The notes beneath the pieces were generated by a model. That model made no database searches. It saw nothing but the letters and a program-made list of their open reading frames with translations, and was not told the origin of the DNA. A program made the position numbers and the translations under genes. A DNA stretch of 63,194 bases, the filler included, from Pelomyxa schiedti (Eukaryota > Protista > Evosea), in assembly GCA_020536535.1 (NCBI GenBank). It is 7 parts of 7 records of this genome, joined end to end, with 100 filler letters (N's around TTAATTAATTAA, not from the genome) between each part and the next. Parts side by side here need not be neighbours in the genome. Positions count along the whole stretch, not along the records: positions 9,732 to 38,108 come from JAHLWZ010001022.1; 6 more parts are not named here. One strand, given 5' to 3'. This document shows, in pieces, positions 11,305 to 21,820 of the stretch. Each line of letters starts with the position of its first letter. Within the stretch, counting starts at the first letter, position 1.

Positions 11305-14105
11305 ATGGCAACACACGCAACCGTATCGGCGACTACCACCGTAACGCACTCTGCACAACCGAAGCCCACTGTTGGGTCCAGCGGGGCCGTTTCTCGACCA
11401 CCCGCCTCGTCGTCGTCGTCCACCAGTCTCGCCGCCAGCCGCGCGGGCGCGGGCGCCGTCGGCCTGCGCTGGGAAGGCGGGGGCCCCGCCGCCCACACCC
11501 AGCAGCCCCGCGCGAGCGCACACGGGGCGGCGTCCTCCTCCTCCAACGGGCACAAGGCCCCGCCCCCCTCGTCCGCAACCGCCGCCCAGCAGCAGCAGCA
11601 GCAACAACAACAGCACAAGGTGCCGCCGCCCCTCGGGCGCAAGGCGGCGGACCCGCCGGCCAAGCGCAGGAGGACGGACGCGGACGCGGACGTGGGGGTG
11701 GGCAAGGGAGCCGGGGGGCCTGCGGCGCCCCCGGGGGCGGGGGGAGCGAGGGGCGGCGGAGGGGGAGGGGGCACGGGCAACAAGGCAGAGAGCACCGGGG
11801 GAACCAAGAGTGGACTTGTTTTGGATGTGCGTTTGGGTATTCCCATTCACTTTTAGCTTTAACTTTTGCTCGCGCTTCTTGTGTTTTTGGTTTTGGTTGT
11901 AAGTTGTTGAAATTGCATTTGTTGCCTTTGTTCTGTGCTCTGTTTGCTCACAGTCAATTTCGACGCCTACATATCTTTTCCCCCTTTTGCAACTGATAAA
12001 TTTTGGTAGGGAATCCTTCTACCCATTCCAAAAAAAAAACCTGTTGTTGATCCACCAATTGAAAAGCCTATCGAAAAGACCACTGCACCCGCGAAACACC
12101 CTGCACATAGCCATCCAACCACCCTGGATAGGTCTAAACAACCTCACTCCACAACAAGTGTTTCACAAAAGACAACCATAACAGGTTTTTGAGAGAGCTC
12201 TCTTTTGGAATTGTAACTACTTCCACAGGACCCCATGCAGTAGTACAACCTGGAAAGGCAACCTCGGCGGCCCAAAAACCACATGCGCCCCTTAAACACA
12301 GTACATTACCCACTGGATCCACCTCCAGCAAAATTTCTCCCAGAACAACTGCCCCTGTGAATGGTGCGCACAAGGTCCCTGTGGCCGAGTCAAAAAGCAC
12401 TCAAATTATCCCTCCTCCACCCCTAAAGCACTCCACAGTAGAACACGCAGGATCAAAATCTACAATTGCACCCCCCACTAAGAATGCACCTCCCTCGAAG
12501 AAATCTCCAACAAATGTCCCAGTAGCTCATTCTCACAAAACCACAACTTCGACATCTCTCACCATATCTTCGGTGGTCAAGCAGCCGAATCACCCTCCAA
12601 GCAAACCCATTAATACCGCAGCAGGAAAGCCAGCTCCCCCCAGTAAGCCACCTGCTTCTTCATCTGTCAAACCTCCAGCAACTTCATCTGTCAAACATCC
12701 AACTGCCTCGTCTGTCAGACCTCCAACTCACTCTGGAAGCAAACAACCAACACACCCATCTGTCAGGCCACCTATTTCCTCAGCTGGTAAACCTACGGCA
12801 TCAACAGTGGGGAGGCCAGTAACAACCACAGCGGGCAAGCCAGCTGTCAAACCTCCTACACACGCAACAGGGAAGGTCCCTGCAGTAACCGGCAAGCCAA
12901 TGCCAGTACAAACACAAACTGCTCCAAAGCCTGCTCCTAAACCTACTTTGGTACCGGGAAAGCCACCCACTCTTGCCACTGGGAAGCCCTCCAACCCACA
13001 GCTTGGGAGGCCCCTTGCTCAAAGCCACTCACCAGGTTCCTCAGCAGGAAAACCATTAGCAAGGAAGGAAACAGGAGCCTCACCGGCAGCTGCCTCAAAT
13101 AAAAATCCCACCAGACCAGGTCCTCATCCTGCAGCAACCCAAAGGCAAGTTCCAGGACCCAGAACTGTTCCCAGAACAAATCAAGGTTCGAGACCTCTTT
13201 CATCAACAATGCCAAGGCTACCGGGAAATAATTCCAGGGTGATGCCATCCACTGGAAAACCGGGTGTAGGTCCGTTGCATCCAAACACCGTGCCCCGCCC
13301 AGCAGTGCAGAGGGGGGGCATTCCTCAGCGGAGGCCCAATGCTCCAAGCAACTATGAAGATGCGTACGAGTCAGATTCAGGAGCGTCTGAGATTAGCGAC
13401 GATCCCGACAATCCAGTTACTCATGAAGAAAAGCTGATTGACAAAAATTACAGTCAGGTGATAAGGTCGTTGTTCCCCAGTGGCTGGAGCAAAAGAAGAA
13501 GTGAGGGGGTTGTGAGTGATGACGAGGATATATCTGTGGCAAACAGGGACACTATACAAAGGGAGGAGCACCTTTCTTACCTTGAAGGTCTCAAAGAGGA
13601 TAAAAGAGAGGCTGCACTTATAAGGGCTGAAGAAAAACGAGAGAAGGAGAGGAAGCTAAGAAAGCAGCAACTTGCTGCAAGAAAGAAGAGGGAAGAACAC
13701 AGCTCTGAAGAAGAAAACGAAGGGGGAGGTAGGGGTAGTGGAAGTGGTAGCGGTAGCGGAAGCGGAAGTGGAAGTGGTAGCGGTAGCGGTAGCGGAAGTG
13801 GAAGTGGGAGCAGTAGTGGAAGTGGGAGTGAGGATGAGTCTGAAGGACAACAAGTGAAAAAGGATGCAAATAAGGGGAAAGAACCTGAACACAACCAAGT
13901 GGAGTCCAATCAAGTGGAAATTAACCAAGAAGAAAACAACCAAGTAGATCTAGTAGGAGGAGTTCAGGATGAAAAAATAGAACCGCCTGAAATGATGGGA
14001 GGAAGCATGGAAATGGAAGGAATTGCAGAACCCATTGAAAGTGGGAAGCCTGAACTCGTTGACCCACATGCGGAGTTACAGTCACATGATGCGGAAATTC
14101 TCTAA
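11305..14105 (+). CDS. SPT2: SPT2-like chromatin protein: long P/T/S/K-rich low-complexity region, C-terminal SPT2-type domain, GS repeat and acidic tail
   Basis: Exons ca. 11305-11809, 12010-12130 and 12185-14105 join in frame (PTTLDR|FLRE). NYSQVIRSLFPSGW...DDEDISVANRDTIQREEHLSYLEGLKEDKREAALIRAEEKREKERK follows the SPT2 pattern (IS..IR.MF...DD.D.ME...IQ.EE..S...G..ED.E...R.EE). Confidence 0.6.
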
Positions 14106-14429
14106 CCACAACAACCACTGATCAAAAGCAACACAAAACACATAACGCCACAAGAAAAATGACCAGCACCAACACTGAAACCCTCTTTTCTGGAAGAAAA
14201 AAAAAAAGGTTTTCAAAGAGTTTGTCAGCTTTACCAATTTTGTTTCTTTACTGTCCATAACAGTAGTTGCAGTATCGGTTGTTACACTTGTAATAAGAAG
14301 TTTGTGGCAATCAGTAGTTTCTTTGTCTGTTCCCGCATTCTGTGGTGACAGTTAGCATTTTGTTTCAAGAATACAAAGTTCAAACCACATTGAGCCATTT
14401 TCAGGGTGTTTCTCATCACCCACTATGAG

Positions 14430-16013
14430 CACCTCCGAAGCAGGATAACAGACTTGAAGGTGTTAGGTCAAACTGGACAGGAATTTTCAGTGGGATCCAC
14501 AATGTACTCACAATTGTCTGTGTGCAACAACTCCGCAATAGGGAAAGCAATCCGAACTGTAGAGCCTGTCTCAATAGGATGTCGCAAAACCGTATTATGG
14601 CCGTGATACTACCATCAGTATAAGGTGCTTCAGGGTCATGGATGATTCAGGGCAAATGGATCGATCCACAGACATCAAGGGTCAGTGGGTATTCTTCAGT
14701 TTTTCGCTGGTGACCCTTACAACTGAGGAAGAGGCCCAGCTACTGGAACTCGAAACCAAGTTCTGTGTATGGAATGCCAACTGAAGCCACTGGAACCAAA
14801 GGGCCAGGTCAGTTTTACGTCTGCTCCATCTCTCACAGAAGCCACTCACAGGCATCAGCAACAAGTGCAGGGAAATCAGAGCGGCAATGTCATTCGATTT
14901 CCGTACTCTGCGGAAACCCACAGACATTTAAAGAAGCACAAGAATTGTTGAAAGAACCACCCACAGGCTGAATCGCCCTCAACTACAGCGTAAACTTCGC
15001 CCTTGCCAAGTCTACCACTCCTCCCTGTCAGAAAGCACGTCCACTCTTATTTACTAAACAGAAGAGGAGGCAATTGCTACCAAAATATTGACTTGGCTCT
15101 TAGGCAAGTTGCTCTGGTTCCAGACCTCATTCTATTCTGGTGATCACTGCAGCTCACCAACGCCCTTGGGTAACCCCTACCACTCAACAATACATTCTGG
15201 CAACTACTGAAACTCACCAGCTCTTTCCAGCAACTTTCAGCACTGACCGGCATGTTTCTATATCCACCCGAAATCACCAGTACACCCCAGCGACATCCAA
15301 CCTTCACCAGTACGTTTCAGCAACTACCAACATTCACCATCGCATTCCAGCAATCCCCAGCTCCCATCTACAGATTACGGCAACCACTGGTGCTCACAAG
15401 CACGTTCCTCCAATCACCAACACTCACCAGCACTTTCCGGAAATCGGTGGCCCACATATATATCCAATGGGGAGCGCACTTCTTGTGTTGTATTGGCTTT
15501 CATTTGAGGAGGAGCAAGTGCTAGACAAACACAAGACAAATTATTATTCTCAAGAGAACGACAGATACTACATCAACCCTTTTGGGTATGAGAACACTTA
15601 ACAGAGCTGCTGACTTCCCCCTTTAAATCAATAAACAACACAACTTTCAGTCACCACTTTGTTGATGGCATCCATGGCACTGTAAGCTTATGGTTTTTCA
15701 AAAGGAAAAAAAAAAGAGCAGATTTCTGATAACCTCCAATCTCTGGAGGGTCAGTGCTTAGCGCACTACTCAAGAGTAGGTTGGTTGTTTGAGACTGTGC
15801 AGGTACCCATTGGATATTCCAACAATCACCGGCTCAAATACATACATTCCAGCAACCACTGGCAATCAGCAGCATATTCCGGCAATCACTGGCTCATATA
15901 TACACATTCCAGCCAGCAACAGCCAGCGCTCCTCAGTACATTCCAGCAACGACTGGCACTCTTCCAGCCCAAAAAGGAGAAGATTGGAGATTCCCATCGC
16001 GCCTAAATTTTGA
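14430..16013 (+). CDS. Uncharacterised multi-exon protein with two arrays of 10-aa repeats (x-I-P-A-T-T-G-x-H-Q) and a C-terminal SPKRRRL NLS-like motif
   Basis: 30-bp periodic arrays at ca. 15140-15460 and 15805-15960; intron 15586-15802 (gtatga...gtgcag) joins them in frame; an upstream exon reads DVAKPYYGRDTTISIRCFRVMDD...LLELETKFC. The 5' structure is uncertain. Confidence 0.45.
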
Positions 16014-16077
16014 TTTTTTGGTTCCCACACATTCATTCCCAAAAAAAGATAAAGACTACATACACAAAAGAAAAACA

Positions 16078-17089
16078 ATGAACAGTGAAGAGAAGCTGTG
16101 TGCCGGGGTGCCATGGTGCTGGGGGTGCCCGGTCGCAACACACAGGGGGTCGGGCGTGGCCGCGCAGTGTGCGGAGTGGTGGCGGAACGGTGTCGCGTTG
16201 GAGGCCGTGAGGGGGATTATGGGACACGCCGGGGGTTAGCAGTCCACACCACTCGCGCGGTGTGCTGCAAATGGGATTGTGGGTTGCGTTTGGAGTGCAG
16301 TTATTGTCGCCGTTCCAAACCAATGCAAACCACTTGTACATGAGTGTGTGGTAAATCTCCTCCTTCACCTGTAGCAATTTCCATGGAACTATGAGGAGAT
16401 TGATGGGGAAAGTCGACGAACTAGCAGGTATAGCTTTCTTGATAAAGCTTCTTTATAACTTGTGTGAAGGTAGCCGGCTTGGTAGCAGAAAGGCCATTAC
16501 AATAGACGTAAAGGACACTCCGACTTGTTGGGTTTATGTGAGTGTGCACAGTTTTTCTTTGTTATTAAGCACAGACGGTGCGGCGTTTCGTAGATTTCTG
16601 TATCTGGATGCTGGTGAGTCTTTCAGTCTGTGGCAAACCAAACCTATGAGCCCATCTTCACAGGAAGAGACCTGTGTAACCAAGGAAATTGGGTTGGCTG
16701 ACCTACGTGCAGTTCCAAATAGTGGTGATATTAAACAAGATTACATGGGCAAAGTTTTTTTTTGTTTTGTGTTTGAGGAGTTGAATTGCAGTATAGCCTT
16801 TGGCTGTGAACAGTGCCAGTGGGTTTCGGTGTGCTGTGTTGTGTTTTGGGAGACTGTTGCTGTGCTGGAACGGCTCCAGAGACACCACGACGTGGAACTC
16901 CCACTTCCCCCCGATGTCTATGGTGTGTGTGAAAATAGTCTTTTCACACTTGCCACCGTTCTTCAATGGTTTGATAGGTTTCTTGCATGGGCCGAACTTG
17001 GTGAGTACTCCCTGGAAATATCTCGTGACAGTTATCTTTTTGGGGGTTGGTTCTTTTTTTTAATTTACAATTTACAATTAGCAGCTTGA
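16078..17089 (+). CDS. Hypothetical multi-exon protein
   Basis: Long open frames with GT-AG breaks (MNSEEKLCAG...; NFHGTMRRLMGKVDELA; EETCVTKEIGLADLRAVPNSGDIKQDYMGK); no family recognised. Confidence 0.3.
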
Positions 17090-17102
17090 TAGTGTTTGAG
17101 CA

Positions 17103-19237
17103 TTACGAGTGTAAGTAAATAGAATTTGTTGTGGTGTGGTAAATTTGTTCATATGATATGACATTCAAAATTTTGAACTGGTGAGGTGGGTGTATTGTAT
17201 TGTATTGTATTGTATTGTATTGTATTGTATTGTATTGTATTGTATTGTATTGTATTGTATTGTATTGTATTGTATTGTATTGTATTGTATTGTATTGTAT
17301 TGTATTGTATTCTGCTGCTACAACTAACCATACCTCAAAGTAAAGCCACCTGGAAGTGACAGTCCTAACCTTCAGTGCCATATCTGCCAGTGTGGTACTT
17401 GTATTGGATGGATCACAGTCCAATATGAACTCCTTCACATCTGCACCATCCCCCGGCCACGTCTTTTGGGCACTCCTCTGGTGTTGTGGAAATGACACAC
17501 TGAGTATCAAGGAGTGCGAAGTGTTTGTGGTACTTGTCAAAGGTGGTGGCGATGATGCAACGGCTGCAGCAGCCAGAGCAGCAGAAGATGGTGAGCCAGA
17601 TTTAGAACCAGATGTAGAAGCACACATGAAGGTGGCACCCCCCACACTCAGTGGAGCAGCAAAAGGAAGTTGACTTGAGGTGGAAGAAGAGATGAGTGCG
17701 TGGTTGTTTGTTGTATTTGTCAGTATGCCTAATTCAACGGTACCAGTGACAGCATTAGCAGCGGCGGTGTTGCTGGTGGCGAGGGAGGAGGCAGAAGCAC
17801 AAGGAGAACCAGAACCAGATACGGACAATACAGATGCAGATCCAGAAGCTCCAGTGTAAGTAGAAGGGGAAGAAGTACTGGTGGAGTCACCAAGACGATT
17901 AAGTCCCTGCATCAAGAGCCATCCATTAATAATTAAAAAACCTACTCCCCTGATTCTATCTATCTATATACTACAAATACATCTACAGGTTAGGTTATTA
18001 TACAACTGCCATTGATCATGGATTTGCTTGTTTGTTTGCTTCAACACACACCATACTGTACATCGCAGAGACATGCTCTTGGTACTCCCTGAGCTTCATA
18101 ATCGCGGCGTCTCTCTCCTTCCGTTGTTCTGCCGAGGTCTCGTCCTTCTCCGCGAGTTGTTGCCTGAGGGTGTCCAGTTCCCGAAGTCTGATTTCAAGGA
18201 GCTCCTTCCCGCGTGCCTGAGCCTTTTGCTCTTCCTCAATCTGGGACTTGAGTGACTGGTTCTGGTTCGTGGCACCGTTCAGCAGCTCAATGAGTTTTCG
18301 ATTCTGGTTGTTGGTCTCGTCTCTTGCCACTGTGACAACTCGCAGGTGCTCCTGCAACGTTGCATTGTTGGCAATCACGTCATGTGCTGAATGGAGCTTG
18401 GCTGAAAGCTCAGCGTTCTTGTTCCTAAGTTCCTCGCTTTCCTTGACGGCAGTTTGGAAATGGCTCTGAGAAGTGTTGGGCTTGCGCGAGTTGTGTTTTG
18501 TACTCTTCTTCGTCGTTTGAGACGGTATCAAGCAGCGTGATGAGGTACTGGTTGTGCTCGTTGGCCTCGTCCCTTGCGGCCGTGACGCAGAGCAATTGGC
18601 TTTGCAGGGTGGCATTGCTGGCTTTGCTGACCGTGACGGCATCATCGTGGGCTGCACTGAGTTGGGCTGAAAGGGCTGCATTCCTGTTTGTGAGACCATC
18701 TCTTTCCTTGCAAAGGTCTGCGTTTTGTTGGAGGCTTGACTGCAACTGGTCGTTCAGCTTCCTTCTCAAACTACATCTCCGGACTCGTTCGTCAAAGACA
18801 TACCCTGCCAACTCACGGGCCTTTTTCGATGCCTGGCAGCAGCGCTTCTTCGGGCTGCTCAGTTTGGAGGACGACGTGTGGGACCTTCTCCTCCACAGAA
18901 GCACAATTCTTGTTTGTTGATCATCATCTGTTCGCCATTCAATTAGCTCCGGGTGGCTCGGGTAGCTGGTGCTGATGGCAGCCACCGCTGGTGCCCATTC
19001 GTTTGCCGTCGACGCCGAGGCCCCGCGATACATCCCATAAGTTGCGTGGTGCCTCTCTCGTCGGGGATGCGGCGCGATGGATGGACGTGCAGGGATTGAT
19101 GATTTGGGTGGGGTTGGGGATAGAGTGTGGGGTATTTTTGGCCACAGCAACATCAATGTGGATTTTTGTTTGGTGTGTTTGTGGCTGGGAACGTGAGGGG
19201 GGAACAAGCAACCAAATGAGAACATCAACATCAACAC
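17103..19237 (-). CDS. Coiled-coil protein with two ~80-aa internal repeats and an S/T/A-rich C-terminal half; apparent +1 frameshift near 18480 (likely start near 19033)
   Basis: KERDGLTNRNAALSAQLSAAHDD...VTAARDEANEHNQYLITLL aligns with KESEELRNKNAELSAKLHSAHDV...VTVARDETNNQNRKLIELL; AMYSM|GLNRLGD splice joins ORFs 18016-18699 and 17103-17915; the last intron contains the (TGTAT)n repeat. Confidence 0.55.
17191..17311 (+). repeat. Perfect pentanucleotide microsatellite (TGTAT)24, inside a minus-strand intron
   Basis: Direct count of 24 units; flanked on the minus strand by GAG|gtatgg and caccag|TTC. Confidence 0.95.
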
Positions 19238-20367
19238 TCAGTGGTGGCTAGTGAAATGGAGAACTGATTGCAAATTGGATCACCCACCTGAGAGTGTTCA
19301 AATACTAGTCAGTTCAAGAATCGTTGTGGACTTCAGGTCACATGGAAAAAAAGTGTACCGTCGCCAATAATCTAATTTGCTTGTCGTAGTGTGCAAATAT
19401 CCTATTGACTTCTCCACAAGGAGATTATTTTATTTTGGCAGATCGCGTTCAAGTGTTGAGGAAGCTGGGGAAACGTGGACGCGCTGCGTTGAATGAGATG
19501 AAAAGTGTGACTCAGCGTTTTAGTGTTACGAGACAGTGGAAGGTCTCTCCTCATCCGTACTTCCCAATAATGGTCTATCTTACTTTCTCACTTGTTTGGT
19601 TCTGTTTTCTTTTCCATCAAGCTGGCCCAGATATGAGCTACACTGTGTTCTGCCTTTTGGGATGTGAACAAGAAAGAAATTATCATAAGTGTCAAGCCGG
19701 ACTGCAGGTAGGATTCCATTGTTAATTGGGAATATAGCTATATTCCCATCAAGTAACTGGCTATCCCCCCAAAAAAGTTATACTTCTAATTTTCCTGCTA
19801 GCTATGGCCTGTATGTTCTTCCAAGCCGCCTTATTTTGATCCCGTTGTATGGGATCAAATACAATGTTGATTTCTCAAACACGTGACGTTCATGTTCTTT
19901 TCTTTTTTTTTTTTTTTCCCCCATTTTCAATAAAAAACCAACAAGTGTCCCTCTCCTTATCTTTGACTGAAGTGGGTGATCCAGTGTATCCTGATGCTCA
20001 GTGACTCTGGCACCGCTCTCTGATCAACCTCACAGCAACCAGTGCGCCATATGAACGGGCGTTGGCACCACAACGGGCGTGGTTCCGATGTCAAAGCAAG
20101 AAATGCCGGTTCCCCAATTGCAGGTGAAGCAGGCTCCATTGGCGGAGGCTGGCCTCAAAGCATATGTGGTTCCTACAGGGGAATTGGATGTCCCTTTTGA
20201 TCGTCACGGAAAGACGATCAAGTTTCAGAGTGACTGGGCCCAACACAACGGCTCTTGTATTCAGACCTAGTCTCTACCAGCACCAATTCAGTGACATTCT
20301 TGTTATCTACCGCCCACAAGGAACCTTGGGAAACTCATCAGCAAATTTCCTTTTCAAAATAGGAGCT

Positions 20368-21603
20368 ATGGCTAGTGATGACTCTAGTACCCCCGGAGCA
20401 GGCAATGAACCTCGATCACGACCGGCGCAACAGCAGAAACAGCCCAGGGGAAGGAGCGACGTTGGCGATGCTGTTGGACTCACCGGGCGCATCCTCCCGG
20501 TGAAGCGCCCCCCGCCGCGCACGCCCTTTCCGCCGGCCCGTGCCACCGCCGCGGCCACAGCATCCGAGATCGAAGATCCCGGAGACCGTCGTCATCACCG
20601 CGGCGAGATTGTGGAGCTTGAGGAGGGGGAGCTGCCTGGGGATGGGTACAGGGACGTGGATTGGGGTGCGAGAGTGGGCGAAGCCGAGGCAACTACTACT
20701 ACTACTACTACTACTTCAGGTGTGACTGCTATGCCCACTGGGAGTGCTACAACAGCGGCCGCGGCGGCGGTGGGTGTGGGCGTGGGCGTGGGAGGGTCTG
20801 TGGGTGCTACGATGTTGAGTGTGAATAGCATGGCCCAGCAGGTGTCTGAGGGGGTTCCGGTGCACTGGTGGGTGGTCGTAATGGCGCTCAATCCATGGGT
20901 GAACGACATGTGGCCCGACAAGGAAGGTGGCGCTGCGCTCAACGCTGAGAATCTGTTTTTTCAATTGCGCTCCAAAAAATTGTACCGCCTTGGGGGGTTC
21001 AACGTGCATCGTAAGTCAGACGCAAGGAAGCTTCTGGATGAATTAGAGCGGCAGGGATTCCTCAAGGGCGCAGGCGGCAGGTTCCAGCTCAATGATAATG
21101 TTCAGTGGAAACCCCTGTCTGCTGCCGCTAAGCAGGAAATGCGCAAAGAGAATAAGGAGGCACTGAAGCACAGGAACGCGCCTCCAAAGAAGGAGAGGAG
21201 AAGGGTCCGTAAACGCTCCCGACGCTCCCGCCAGATCATGGTTGCTGCTGTCTCATCAGGTGTGTTTTCTTGCTTGTTCTTCATCATAGTGATTTGTGGC
21301 CAGAATTTCACAATGGTGACGAGGAGTATGACTCTGAGGCCAAATACGAGAAATATGGCCAAATACGACGAGTATGACTCTGAGGCCAGTGAAAGTGACC
21401 CATCCATCCAAGCACCTGAAACTTCCGCAATCACAAACGCAAGCACAACAACCTCGTCCACATCCACATCCACATCCACATCCACATCCACATCCACATC
21501 CACATCCACACCCGCACCCGCACCCACACCCACACCCACACCCACATGGGCACCAACAACCCCACCACATGTATTTACACAACCAACCACAGACAAGCAT
21601 TAA
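20368..21603 (+). CDS. Hypothetical protein with low-complexity flanks and a central ~95-aa globular, possibly winged-helix, domain followed by a basic NLS-like stretch
   Basis: Long ORF; core HWWVVVMALNPWVNDMWPD...AENLFFQLRSKKLYRLGGFNVHRKSDARKLLDELERQGFLKGAGGRFQLND followed by KKERRRVRKRSRRSR; (ACATCC)n/(ACACCC)n repeats near the 3' end. Confidence 0.55.
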   Translation: MASDDSSTPGAGNEPRSRPAQQQKQPRGRSDVGDAVGLTGRILPVKRPPPRTPFPPARATAAATASEIEDPGDRRHHRGEIVELEEGELPGDGYRDVDWGARVGEAEATTTTTTTTSGVTAMPTGSATTAAAAAVGVGVGVGGSVGATMLSVNSMAQQVSEGVPVHWWVVVMALNPWVNDMWPDKEGGAALNAENLFFQLRSKKLYRLGGFNVHRKSDARKLLDELERQGFLKGAGGRFQLNDNVQWKPLSAAAKQEMRKENKEALKHRNAPPKKERRRVRKRSRRSRQIMVAAVSSGVFSCLFFIIVICGQNFTMVTRSMTLRPNTRNMAKYDEYDSEASESDPSIQAPETSAITNASTTTSSTSTSTSTSTSTSTSTSTPAPAPTPTPTPTWAPTTPPHVFTQPTTDKH

Positions 21604-21820
21604 ATAGGAGCAATGAAGGGTTACTGCGCCAAACAACCCCACAAGCAAGTGAGAAAACAAAAATCTTTGTTACTTGATGATGGCAAGAACACTGCTTCAG
21701 TTCTTGCCAAAGGGGCCCTAACCTCCTGTAATCTCAAGACTGAGTGATCACCTCACTGTTCCTGAATCTGACAGTCAAAATCGCTTTTCGCACGAAAAAC
21801 TCCCAGACAGCGAAGAACGG

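Noticed and set aside
11148-11996. Multiple long overlapping ORFs in GC-rich stretches (also 43000-44400, 47820-48400, 53269-54285, 60198-60792)
   Set aside because: Expected shadow ORFs from high GC content and low stop-codon density; only one frame has coherent homology or splicing.
15140-15460. In-frame TGA every 10 codons on the minus strand (selenoprotein or recoding), or a CRISPR-like 30-bp array
   Set aside because: The TGAs are the reverse complement of T-CA in plus-strand x-His codons. The units are contiguous with no unique spacers, and synonymous variation supports plus-strand coding.
17103-17331. IQYNT-repeat protein segment in the ORF track
   Set aside because: It is the (TGTAT)24 microsatellite inside a GT-AG intron whose length keeps the frame open.
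19250-20280. Possible small multi-exon gene between the coiled-coil gene and the 20368 ORF
   Set aside because: Short protein-like stretches occur on both strands but give no coherent model.
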